Shown here in pieces: positions 39,101-52,100 of a stretch of DNA of 64,000 nucleotides. The notes beneath the pieces are model-generated. The model ran no database searches. It worked only from the letters and a program-made list of their open reading frames with translations, and was not told where the DNA came from. Made by a program: the position numbers and the translations under genes. Positions within the stretch are counted from its first letter, which is position 1; each line of letters opens with the position of its first letter. This DNA comes from Eledone cirrhosa (Eukaryota): contig OZ024758.1 of assembly GCA_964016885.1 (NCBI GenBank), positions 34,534,001 through 34,598,000 of the forward strand. The letters are read 5' to 3'.

Positions 39101-41408
39101 TAGCTGTCAGAAGTAACTCCACTGTTGGTGAGAATTCATTTAAGTCATGGTACTAGCTGTCAGAAGTAACTCCAATGTTGGTGAGAATTCATTTAAGTTC
39201 TTGGTATTAGCTGTCAGAAGGAACTCCACTGTTGGTGAGAATTCATTTAAGTTCATGGTATTAGCTGTCAGAAGTAACTCCACTGTTGGTGAGAATTCAT
39301 TTAAGTTCATGGTATTAGCTGTCAGAAGTAACTCCACTGTTGGTGAGAATTCATTTAAGTTCATGGTACTAGCTGTCAGAAGTAACTCCAATGTTGGTGA
39401 GAATTCATTTAAGTTCATGGTATTAGCTGTCAGAAGTAACTCCACTGTTGGTGAGAATTCAGTTAAGCCATGGTATTAGCTGTCAGAAGTAACTCCAATG
39501 TTGGTGAGAATTCATTTAAGTTCATGGTATTAGCTGTCAGAAGTAACTCCACTGTTGGTGAGAATTCATTTAAGTTCATGGTATTAGCTGTCAGAAGTAA
39601 CTCCACTGTTGGTGAGAATTCATTTAAGTTCATGGTACTAGCTGTCAGAAGTAACTCCACTGTTGGTGAGAATTCATTTAAGTTCATGGTATTAGTTTGT
39701 CAGAAGTAACTCCACTGTTGGTGAGAATTCATTTAAGTCATGGTATTAGTTGTCAGAAGTAACTCCAATGTTGGTGAGAATTCATTTAAGTTCATGGTAC
39801 TAGCTGTCAGAAGTAAATCCACTGTTGGTGAGAATTCATTTAAGTTCATGGTATTAGCTGTCAGAAGTAACTCCACTGTTGGTGAGAATTCATTTAAGTC
39901 ATGGTATTAGCTGTCAGAAGTAACTCCAATGTTGGTGAGAATTCATTTAAGTCATGGTACTAGCTGTCAGAAGTAACTCCAATGTTGGTGAGAATTCATT
40001 TAAGTTCATGGTATTAGCTGTCAGAAGTAACTCCACTGTTGGTGAGAATTCGTTTAAGTTCATGGTATTAGCTGTCAGAAGTAACTCCACTGTTGGTGAG
40101 AATTCATTTAAGTTCATGGTATTAGCTGTCAGAAGTAACTCCACTGTTGGTGAGAATTCATTTAAGTTCATGGTATTAGCTGTCAGAAGTAACTCCACTG
40201 TTGGTGAGAATTCATTTAAGTTCATGGTATTAGCTGTCAGAAGGAACTCCAATGTTGGTGAGAATTCATTTAAGTCATGGTACTAGCTGTCAGAAGTAAC
40301 TCCACTGTTGGTGAGAATTCATTTAAGTTCATGGTATTAGCTGTCAGAAGGAACGCCACTGTTGGTGAGAATTCATTTAAGTTCATGGTATTAGCTGTCA
40401 GAAGTAACTCCACTGTTGGTGAGAATTCATTTAAGTTCATGGTACTAGCTGTCAGAAGTAACTCCAATGTTGGTGAGAATTCATTTAAGTTCATGGTATT
40501 AGCTGTCAGAAGGAACTCCACTGTTTCTGAGAATTCATTTAAGTTCATGGTATTAGCTGTCAGAAGTAACTCCACTGTTGGTGAGAATTCATTTAAGTTC
40601 ATGGTACTAGCTGTCAGAAGTAACTCCACTGTTGGTGAGAATTCATTTAAGTTCATGGTATTAGCTGTCAGAAGTCACTCCAATGTTGGTGAGAATTCAT
40701 TTAGGTTCATGGTATTAGCTGTCAGAAGTCACTCCACTGTTGGTGAGAATTCATTTTAGTTCATGGTACTAGCTGGCAGAAGTAACCCCAATGTTGGTGA
40801 GAATTCATTTAAGTTCATGGTATTAGCTGTCAGAAGTAACTCCACTGTTGGTGAGAATTCATTTATGTTCATGGTATTAGTTTGTCAGAAGTAACTCCAC
40901 TGTTGGTGAGAATTCATTTAAGTCATGGTATTAGTTGTCAGAAGTAACTCCAATGTTGGTGAGAATTCATTTAAGTTCATGGTATTAGCTGTCAGAAGGA
41001 ACTCCACTGTTGGTGAGAATTCATTTAAGTTCATGGTATTAGCTGTCAGAAGGAACTCCAATGTTGGTGAGAATTCATTTAAGTCATGGTACTAGCTGTC
41101 AGAAGTAACTCCACTGTTGGTGAGAATTCATTTAAGTTCATGGTATTAGCTGTCAGAAGGAACGCCACTGTTGGTGAGAATTCATTTAAGTTCATGGTAT
41201 TAGCTGTCAGAAGTAACTCCACTGTTGGTGAGAATTCATTTAAGTTCATGGTACTAGCTGTCAAAAGTAACTCCAATGTTGGTGAGAATTCATTTAAGTT
41301 CATGTTATTAGCTGTCAGAAGGAACTCCACTGTTGGTGAGAATTCATTTAAGTTCATGGTATTAGCTGTCAGAAGTAACTCCACTGTTGGTGAGAATTCA
41401 TTTAAGTC

Positions 41409-44400
41409 ATGGTATTAGCTGTCAGAAGTAACTCCATTGTTGGTGAGAATTCAATTAAGTCATGGTACTAGCTGTCAGAAGTAACTCCAATGTTGGTGAG
41501 AATTCATTTAAGTTCATGTTATTAGCTGTCAGAAGGAACTCCACTGTTGGTGAGAATTCATTTAAGTTCATGGTATTAGCTGTCAGAAGTAACTCCACTG
41601 TTGGTGAGAATTCATTTAAGTTCATGGTATTAGCTGTCAGAAGTAACTGCACCGTTGGTGAGAATTCATTTAAGTTCATGGTACTAGCTGTCAGAAGTAA
41701 CTCCAATGTTGGTGAGAATTCATTTAAGTTCATGGTATTAGCTGTCAGAAGTAACTCCACTGTTGGTGAGAATTCATTTAAGTTCATGGTATTAGCTGTC
41801 AGAAGTAACTCCACTGTTGGTGAGAATTCATTTAAGTTCATGGTATTAGCTGTCAGAAGTAACTCCACTGTTGGTGAGAATTCATTTAAGTTCATGGTAC
41901 TAGCTGTCAGAAGTAACTCCAATGTTGGTGAGAATTCATTTAAGTTCATGGTATTAGCTGTCAGAAGTAACTCCACTGTTGGTGAGAATTCATTTAAGTC
42001 ATGGTATTAGCTGTCAGAAGTAACTCCACTGTTGGTGAGAATTCATTTAAGTTCATGGTATTAGCTGTCAGAAGTAACTCCACTGTTGGTGAGAATTCAT
42101 TTAAGTTCATGGTACTAGCTGTCAGAAGTAACTCCAATGTTGGTGAGAATTCATTTAAGTTCATGGTATTAGCTGTCAGAAGTAACTCCACTGTTGGTGA
42201 GAATTCATTTAAGTCATGGTATTAGCTGTCAGAAGTAACTCCACTGTTGGTGAGAATTCATTTAAGTTCATGGTATTAGCTGTCAGAAGTAACTCCACTG
42301 TTGGTGAGAATTCATTTAAGTTCATGGTATTAGCTGTCAGAAGTAACTCCACTGTTGGTGAGAATTCATTTAAGTTCATGGTATTAGTTTGTCAGAAGTA
42401 ACTCCACTGTTGGTGAGAATTCATTTAAGTCATGGTATTAGTTGTCAGAAGTAACTCCAATGTTGGTGAGAATTCATTTAAGTTCATGGTACTAGCTGTC
42501 AGAAGTAACTCCACTGTTGGTGAGAATTCATTTAAGTTCATGGTAATAGCTGTCAGAAGTAACTCCACTGTTGGTGAGAATTCATTTAAGTCATGGTATT
42601 AGCTGTCAGAAGTAACTCCAATGTTGGTGAGAATTCATTTAAGTCATGGTACTAGCTGTCAGAAGTAACTCCAATGTTGGTGAGAATTCATTTAAGTTCA
42701 TGGTATTAGCTGTCAGAAGTAACTCCACTGTTGGTGAGAATTCATTTAAGTTCATGGTATTAGCTGTCAGAAGTAACTCCACTGTTGGTGAGAATTCATT
42801 TAAGTCATGGTATTAGCTGTCAGAAGTAACTCCAATGTTGGTGAGAATTCATTTAAGTTCATGGTATTAGCTGTCAGAAGTCACTCCACTGTTGGTGAGA
42901 ATTCATTTAAGTCATGGTATTAGCTGTCAGAAGTAACTCCATTGTTGGTGAGAATTCAATTAAGTCATGGTACTAGCTGTCAGAAGTAACTCCAATGTTG
43001 GTGAGAATTCATTTAAGTTCATGTTATTAGCTGTCAGAAGGAACTCCACTGTTGGTGAGAATTCATTTAAGTTCATGGTATTAGCTGTCAGAAGTAACTC
43101 CACTGTTGGTGAGAATTCATTTAAGTTCATGGTATTAGCTGTCAGAAGTAACTGCACCGTTGGTGAGAATTCATTTAAGTTCATGGTACTAGCTGTCAGA
43201 AGTAACTCCAATGTTGGTGAGAATTCATTTAAGTTCATGGTATTAGTTGTCAGAAGTAACTCCACTGTTGGTGAGAATTCATTTAAGTTCATGGTATTAG
43301 CTGTCAGAAGTAACTCCACTGTTGGTGAGAATTCATTTAAGTTCATGGTATTAGCTGTCAGAAGTAACTCCACTGTTGGTGAGAATTCATTTAAGTTCAT
43401 GGTACTAGCTGTCAGAAGTAACTCCAATGTTGGTGATAATTCATTTAAGTTCATGGTATTAGCTGTCAGAAGTAACTCCACTGTTGGTGAGAATTCATTT
43501 AAGTCATGGTATTAGCTGTCAGAAGTAACTCCACTGTTGGTGAGAATTCATTTAAGTTCATGGTATTAGCTGTCAGAAGTAACTCCACTGTTGGTGAGAA
43601 TTCATTTAAGTTCATGGTACTAGCTGTCAGAAGTAACTCCAATGTTGGTGAGAATTCATTTAAGTTCATGGTATTAGCTGTCAGAAGTAACTCCACTGTT
43701 GGTGAGAATTCATTTAAGTCATGGTATTAGCTGTCAGAAGTAACTCCACTGTTGGTGAGAATTCATTTAAGTTCATGGTATTAGCTGTCAGAAGTAACTC
43801 CACTGTTGGTGAGAATTCATTTAAGTTCATGGTATTAGCTGTCAGATGTAACTCCACTGTTGGTGAGAATTCATTTAAGTTCATGGTATTAGTTTGTCAG
43901 AAGTAACTCCACTGTTGGTGAGAATTCATTTAAGTCATGGTATTAGTTGTCAGAAGTAACTCCAATGTTGGTGAGAATTCATTTAGGTTCATGGTACTAG
44001 CTGTCAGAAGTAACTCCACTGTTGGTGAGAATTCATTTAAGTTCATGGTAATAGCTGTCAGAAGTAACTCCACTGTTGGTGAGAATTCATTTAAGTCATG
44101 GTATTAGCTGTCAGAAGTAACTCCAATGTTGGTGAGAATTCATTTAAGTCATGGTACTAGCTGTCAGAAGTAACTCCAATGTTGGTGAGAATTCATTTAA
44201 GTTCATGGTATTAGCTGTCAGAAGTAACTCCACTGTTGGTGAGAATTCATTTAAGTTCATGGTATTAGCTGTCAGAAGTAACTCCACTGTTGGTGAGAAT
44301 TCATTTAAGTCATGGTATTAGCTGTCAGAAGTAACTCCAATGTTGGTGAGAATTCATTTAAGTTCATGGTATTAGCTGTCAGAAGTCACTCCACTGTTGG

Positions 44401-44418
44401 TGAGAATTCATTTAAGTT
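41409..44418. repeat. Tandem duplication of 1505 bp (28 monomers)
   Basis: Landmarks 41462/42967, 42001/43506, 42216/43721 and 42807/44312 are all offset by 1505 bp. Confidence 0.88.
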
Positions 44419-45119
44419 CATGGTACTAGCTGTCAGAAGTAACCCCAATGTTGGTGAGAATTCATTTAAGTTCATGGTATTAGCTGTCAGAAGTCACTCC
44501 AATGTTGGTGAGAATTCATTTAAGTTCATGGTATTAGCTGTCAGAAGTAACTCCACTGTTGGTAAGAATTCATTTAAGTTCATGGTATTAGCTGTCAGAA
44601 GTAACTCCACTGTTGGTGAGAATTCATTTAAGTTCATGGTATTAACTGTCAGAAGGAACGCCACTGTTGGTGAGAATTCATTTAAGTTCATGGTATTAGC
44701 TGTCAGAAGTAACTCCACTGTTGGTGAGAATTCATTTAAGTTCATGCTACTAGCTGTCAGAAGTAACTCCTATGTTGGTGAGAATTCATTTAAGTTCATG
44801 GTATTAGCTGTCAGAAGGAACTCCACTGTTGCTGAGAATTCATTTAAGTTCATGGTATTAGCTGTCAGAAGTAACTCCACTGTTGGTGAGAATTCATTTA
44901 AGTTCATGGTGCTAGCTGTCAGAAGTAACTCCACTGTTGGTGAGAATTCATTTAAGTTCATGGTATTAGCTGTCAGAAGTAACTCCACTGTTGGTGAGAA
45001 TTCATTTAAGTTCATGGTATTAGCTGACAGAAGTCACTCCACTGTTGGTGAGGATTCATTTAAGTTCATGGTACTAGCTGTCAGAAGTAACTCCAATGTT
45101 GGTGAGAATTCATTTAAAT

Positions 45120-47540
45120 TCATGGTATTAGCTGTCAGAAGTAACTCCACTGTTGGTGAGAATTCATTTAAGTTCATGGTATTAGCTGTCAGAAGTAACT
45201 CCACTGTTGGTGAGAATTCATTTAAGTTCATGGTATTAGCTGTCAGAAGTAACTCCACTGTTGGTGAGAATTCATTTAAGTCCATGGTACTAGCTGTCAG
45301 AAGTAACTCCAATGTTGGTGAGAATTCATTTAAGTTCATGGTATTAGCTGTCAGAAGTAACTCCACTGTTGGTGAGAATTCATTTAAGTCATGGTATTAG
45401 CTGTCAGAAGTAACTCCACTGTTGGTGAGAATTCATTTAAGTTCATGGTATTAGCTGTCAGAAGTAACTCCACTGTTGGTGAGAATTCATTTAAGTCATG
45501 GTATTAGCTGTCAGAAGTAACTCCACTGTTGGTGAGAATTCATTTAAGTTCATGGTATTAGCTGTCAGAAGTAACTCCACTGTTGGTGAGAATTCATTTA
45601 AGTTCATGGTATTAGTTTGTCAGAAGTAACTCCACTGTTGGTGAGAATTCATTTAAGTCATGGTATTAGTTGTCAGAAGTAACTCCAATGTTGGTGAGAA
45701 TTCATTTAAGTTCATGGTACTAGCTGTCAGAAGTAACTCCACGGTTGGTGAGAATTCATTTAAGTTCATGGTATTAGCTGTCAGAAGTAACTCCACTGTT
45801 GGTGAGAATTCATTTAAGTCATGGTACTGGCTGTCAGAAGTAACTCCAATGTTGGTGAGAATTCATTTAAGTTCATGGTATTAGCTGTCAGAAGTAACTC
45901 CACTGTTGGTGAGAATTCATTTAAATTCATGGTATTAGCTGTCAGAAGTAACTCCACTGTTGGTGAGAATTCATTTAAGTTCATGGTATTAGCTGTCAGA
46001 AGTAACTCCACTGTTGGTGAGAATTCATTTAAGTTCATGGTATTAGCTGTCAGAAGTAACTCCACTGTTGGTGAGAATTCATTTAAGTCCATGGTACTAG
46101 CTGTCAGAAGTAACTCCAATGTTGGTGAGAATTCATTTAAGTTCATGGTATTAGCTGTCAGAAGTAACTCCACTGTTGGTGAGAATTCATTTAAGTCATG
46201 GTATTAGCTGTCAGAAGTAACTCCACTGTTGGTGAGAATTCATTTAAGTTCATGGTATTAGCTGTCAGAAGTAACTCCACTGTTGGTGAGAATTCATTTA
46301 AGTCATGGTATTAGCTGTCAGAAGTAACTCCACTGTTGGTGAGAATTCATTTAAGTTCATGGTATTAGCTGTCAGAAGTAACTCCACTGTTGGTGAGAAT
46401 TCATTTAAGTTCATGGTATTAGTTTGTCAGAAGTAACTCCACTGTTGGTGAGAATTCATTTAAGTCATGGTATTAGTTGTCAGAAGTAACTCCAATGTTG
46501 GTGAGAATTCATTTAAGTTCATGGTACTAGCTGTCAGAAGTAACTCCACGGTTGGTGAGAATTCATTTAAGTTCATGGTATTAGCTGTCAGAAGTAACTC
46601 CACTGTTGGTAAGAATTCATTTAAGTCATGGTACTGGCTGTCAGAAGTAACTCCAATGTTGGTGAGAATTCATTTAAGTTCATGGTATTAGCTGTCAGAA
46701 GTAACTCCACTGTTGGTGAGAATTCATTTAAGTTCATGGTATTAGCTGACAGAAGTCACTCCACTGTTGGTGAGAATTCATTTAAGTTCATGGTATTAGC
46801 TGTCAGAAGTAACTCCACTGTTGGTGAGAATTCATTTAAGTCCATGGTACTAGCTGTCAGAAGTAACTCCAATGTTGGTGAGAATTCATTTAAGTTCATG
46901 GTATTAGCTGTCAGAAGTAACTCCACTGTTGGTGAGAATTCATTTAAGTCATGGTATTAGCTGTCAGAAATAACTCCACTGTTGGTGAGAATTCATTTAA
47001 ATTCATGGTATTAGCTGTCAGAAGTAACTCCACTGTTGGTGAGAATTCATTTAAGTCATGGTATTAGCTGTCAGAAGTAACTCCACTGTTGGTGAGAATT
47101 CATTTAAGTTCATGGTATTAGCTGTCAGAAGTAACTCCACTGTTGGTGAGAATTCATTTAAGTTCATGGTATTAGCTGTCAGAAGTAACTCCACTGTTGG
47201 TGAGAATTCATTTAAGTTCATGGTATTAGTTTGTCAGAAGTAACTCCACTGTTGGTGAGAATTCATTTAAGTCATGGTATTAGTTGTCAGAAGTAACTCC
47301 AATGTTGGTGAGAATTCATTTAAGTTCATGGTACTAGCTGTCAGAAGTAACTCCACTGTTGGTGAGAATTCATTTAAGTTCATGGTATTAGCTGTCAGAA
47401 GTAACTCCACTGTTGGTGAGAATTCATTTAAGTCATGGTACTGGCTGTCAGAAGTAACTCCAATGTTGGTGAGAATTCATTTAAGTTCATGGTATTAGCT
47501 GTCAGAAGTAACTCCACTGTTGGTGAGAATTCATTAAGTT
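45120..47540. repeat. Local higher-order repeat of 807 bp (15 monomers), 2-3 imperfect copies
   Basis: Landmarks fall at 45660/46467/47274. Private markers AAGTCCATG (45282, 46089) and CCACGG (45743, 46550) are spaced 807 bp. The third copy is internally shifted (AAGTCCATG at 46842). Confidence 0.8.
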
Positions 47541-50500
47541 CATGGTATTAGCTGACAGAAGTCACTCCACTGTTGGTGAGAATTCATTTAAGTTCATGGT
47601 ACTAGCTGTCAGAAATAACTCCAATGTTGGTGAGAATTCATTTAAATTCATGGTATTAGCTGTCAGAAGTAACTCCACTGTTGGTGAGAATTCATTTAAG
47701 TTCATGGTATTAGCTGTCAGAAGTAACTCCACTGTTGGTGAGAATTCATTTAAGTCATGGTATTAGCTGTCAGAAGTAACTCCACTGTTGGTGAGAATTC
47801 ATTTAAGTTCATGGTATTAGCTGTCAGAAGTAACTCCACTGTTGGTGAGAATTCATTTAAGTTCATGGTATTAGTTTGTCAGAAGTAACTCCACTGTTGG
47901 TGAGAATTCATTTAAGTCATGGTATTAGTTGTCAGAAGTAACTCCAATGTTGGTGAGAATTCATTTAAGTTCATGGTACTAGCTGTCAGAAGTAACTCCA
48001 CTGTTGGTGAGAATTCATTTAAGTTCATGGTAATAGCTGTCAGAAGTAACTCCACTGTTGGTGAGAATTCATTTAAGTCATGGTATTAGCTGTCATAAGT
48101 AACTCCAATGTTGGTGAGAATTCATTTAAGTCATGGTACTAGCTGTCAGAAGTAACTCCAATGTTGGTGAGAATTCATTTAAGTTCATGGTATTAGCTGT
48201 CAGAAGTAACTCCACTGTTGGTGAGAATTCATTTAAGTTCATGGTATTAGCTGTCAGAAGTGACTCCACTGTTGGTGAGAATTCATTTAAGTCATGGTAT
48301 TAGCTGTCAGAAGTAACTCCAATGTTGGTGAGAATTCATTTAAGTTCATGGTATTAGCTGTCAGAAGTCACTCCACTGTTGGTGAGAATTCATTTAAGTT
48401 CATGGTACTAGCTGTCAGAAGTAACCCCAATGTTGGTGAGAATTCATTTAAGTTCATGGTATTAGCTGTCAGAAGTCACTCCAATGTTGGTGAGAATTCA
48501 TTTAAGTTCATGGTATTAGCTGTCAGAAGTAACTCCACTGTTGGTAAGAATTCATTTAAGTTCATGGTATTAGCTGTCAGAAGTAACTCCACTGTTGGTG
48601 AGAATTCATTTAAGTTCATGGTATTAGCTGTCAGAAGGAACGCCACTGTTTGTGAGAATTCATTTAAGTTCATGGTATTAGCTGTCAGAAGTAACTCCAC
48701 TGTTGGTGAGAATTCATTTAAGTTCATGCTACTAGCTGTCAGAAGTAACTCCTATGTTGGTGAGAATTCATTTAAGTTCATGGTATTAGCTGTCAGAAGG
48801 AACTCCACTGTTGCTGAGAATTCATTTAAGTTCATGGTATTAGCTGTCAGAAGTAACTCCACTGTTGGTGAGAATTCATTTAAGTTCATGGTGCTAGCTG
48901 TCAGAAGTAACTCCACTGTTGGTGAGAATTCATTTAAGTTCATGGTATTAGCTGTCAGAAGTCACTCCAATGTTGGTGAGAATTCATTTAAGTTCATGGT
49001 ATTAGCTGTCAGAAGGAACGCCACTGTTTGTGAGAATTCATTTAAGTTCATGGTATTAGCTGTCAGAAGTAACTCCACTGTTGGTGAGAATTCATTTAAG
49101 TTCATGCTACTAGCTGTCAGAAGTAACTCCTATGTTGGTGAGAATTCATTTAAGTTCATGGTATTAGCTGTCAGAAGGAACTCCACTGTTGCTGAGAATT
49201 CATTTAAGTTCATGGTATTAGCTGTCAGAAGTCACTCCACTGTTGGTGAGAATTCATTTAAGTCATGGTACTGGCTGTCAGAAGTAACTCCAATGTTGGT
49301 GAGAATTCATTTAAGTTCATGGTATTAGCTGTCAGAAGTAACTCCACTGTTGGTGAGAATTCATTTAAGTTCATGGTATTAGCTGTCAGAAGTAACTCCA
49401 CTGTTGGTGAGAATTCATTTAAGTCATGGTATTAGCTGTCAGAAGTAACTCCAATGTTGGTGAGAATTCATTTAAGTTCATGGTATTAGCTGTCAGAAGT
49501 CACTCCACTGTTGGTGAGAATACATTTAAGTTCATGGTACTAGCTGTCAGAAGTAACCCCAATGTTGGTGAGAATTCATTTAAGTTCATGGTATTAGCTG
49601 TCAGAAGTAACTCCACTGTTGGTGAGAATTCATTTAAGTCATGGTATTAGTTGTCAGAAGTAACTCCAATGTTGGTGAGAATTCATTTAAGTTCATGGTA
49701 CTAGCTGTCAGAAGTAACTCCACTGTTGGTGAGAATTCATTTAAGTTCATGGTATTAGCTGTCAGAAGTAACTCCACTGTTGGTGAGAATTCATTTAAGT
49801 CATGGTACCGGCTGTCAGAAGTAACTCCAATGTTGGTGAGAATTCATTTAAGTTCATGGTATTAGCTGTCAGAAGTAACTCCACTGTTGGTGAGAATTCA
49901 TTTAAGTTCATGGTATTAGCTGACAGAAGTCACTCCACTGTTGGTGAGAATTCATTTAAGTTCATGGTATTAGCTGTCAGAAGTAACTCCACTGTTGGTG
50001 AGAATTCATTTAAGTCCATGGTACTAGCTGTCAGAAGTAACTCCAATGTTGGTGAGAATTCATTTAAGTTCATGGTATTAGCTGTCAGAAGTAACTCCAC
50101 TGTTGGTGAGAATTCATTTAAGTCATGGTATTAGCTGTCAGAAATAACTCCACTGTTGGTGAGAATTCATTTAAGTTCATGGTATTAGCTGTCAGAAGTA
50201 ACTCCACTGTTGGTGAGAATTCATTTAAGTCATGGTATTAGCTGTCAGAAGTAACTCCACTGTTGGTGAGAATTCATTTAAGTTCATGGTATTAGCTGTC
50301 AGAAGTAACTCCACTGTTGGTGAGAATTCATTTAAGTTCATGGTATTAGCTGTCAGAAGTAACTCCACTGTTGGTGAGAATTCATTTAAGTTCATGGTAT
50401 TAGTTTGTCAGAAGTAACTCCACTGTTGGTGAGAATTCATTTAAGTCATGGTATTAGTTGTCAGAAGTAACTCCAATGTTGGTGAGAATTCATTTAAGTT

Positions 50501-52100
50501 CATGGTACTAGCTGTCAGAAGTAACTCCACTGTTGGTGAGAATTCATTTAAGTTCATGGTATTAGCTGTCAGAAGTAACTCCACTGTTGGTGAGAATTCA
50601 TTTAAGTCATGGTACTGGCTGTCAGAAGTAACTCCAATGTTGGTGAGAATTCATTTAAGTTCATGGTATTAGCTGTCAGAAGTAACTCCACTGTTGGTGA
50701 GAATTCATTTAAGTTCATGGTATTAGCTGACAGAAGTCACTCCACTGTTGGTGAGAATTCATTTAAGTTCATGGTACTAGCTGTCAGAAGTAACTCCAAT
50801 GTTGGTGAGAATTCATTTAAATTCATGGTATTAGCTGTCAGAAGTAACTCCACTGTTGGTGAGAATTCATTTAAGTTCATGGTATTAGCTGTCAGAAGTA
50901 ACTCCACTGTTGGTGAGAATTCATTTAAGTCATGGTATTAGCTGTCAGAAGTAACTCCACTGTTGGTGAGAATTCATTTAAGTTCATGGTATTAGCTGTC
51001 AGAAGTAACTCCACTGTTGGTGAGAATTCATTTAAGTTCATGGTATTAGTTTGTCAGAAGTAACTCCACTGTTGGTGAGAATTCATTTAAGTCATGGTAT
51101 TAGTTGTCAGAAGTAACTCCAATGTTGGTGAGAATTCATTTAAGTTCATGGTACTAGCTGTCAGAAGTAACTCCACTGTTGGTGAGAATTCATTTAAGTT
51201 CATGGTAATAGCTGTCAGAAGTAACTCCACTGTTGGTGAGAATTCATTTAAGTCATGGTATTAGCTGTCAGAAGTAACTCCAATGTTGGTGAGAATTCAT
51301 TTAAGTCATGGTACTAGCTGTCAGAAGTAACTCCAATGTTGGTGAGAATTCATTTAAGTTCATGGTATTAGCTGTCAGAAGTAACTCCACTGTTGGTGAG
51401 AATTCATTTAAGTTCATGGTATTAGCTGTCAGAAGTAACTCCACTGTTGGTGAGAATTCATTTAAGTCATGGTATTAGCTGTCAGAAGTAACTCCAATGT
51501 TGGTGAGAAATCATTTAAGTTCATGGTATTAGCTGTCAGAAGTCACTCCACTGTTGGTGAGAATTCATTTAAGTTCATGGTACTAGCTGTCAGAAGTAAC
51601 CCCAATGTTGGTGAGAATTCATTTAAGTTCATGGTATTAGCTGTCAGAAGTCACTCCAATGTTGGTGAGAATTCATTTAAGTTCATGGTATTAGCTGTCA
51701 GAAGTAACTCCACTGTTGGTAAGAATTCATTTAAGTTCATGGTATTAGCTGTCAGAAGTAACTCCACTGTTGGTGAGAATTCATTTAAGTTCATGGTATT
51801 AGCTGTCAGAAGGAACGCCACTGTTGGTGAGAATTCATTTAAGTTCATGGTATTAGCTGTCAGAAGTAACTCCACTGTTGGTGAGAATTCATTTAAGTTC
51901 ATGCTACTAGCTGTCAGAAGTAACTCCTATGTTGGTGAGAATTCATTTAAGTTCATGGTATTAGCTGTCAGAAGGAACTCCACTGTTGCTGAGAATTCAT
52001 TTAAGTTCATGGTATTAGCTGTCAGAAGTAACTCCACTGTTGGTGAGAATTCATTTAAGTTCATGGTGCTAGCTGTCAGAAGTAACTCCACTGTTGGTGC
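46467..52100. repeat. Duplication with a 3174/3175-bp period (59 monomers)
   Basis: Landmarks are 46467/49641, 47274/50448 and 48294/51469. Markers CAGAAATAAC (46970/50144) and AAGTCCATG (46842/50016) are offset by 3174 bp. Confidence 0.85.
48618..49265. repeat. Partial tandem duplication, 378-bp period (7 monomers)
   Basis: The private variant CTGTTTGTGAG occurs only at 48651 and 49029. Each occurrence is followed by the same CATGCTAC/CCTATG and GTTGCTG monomers. Confidence 0.85.
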
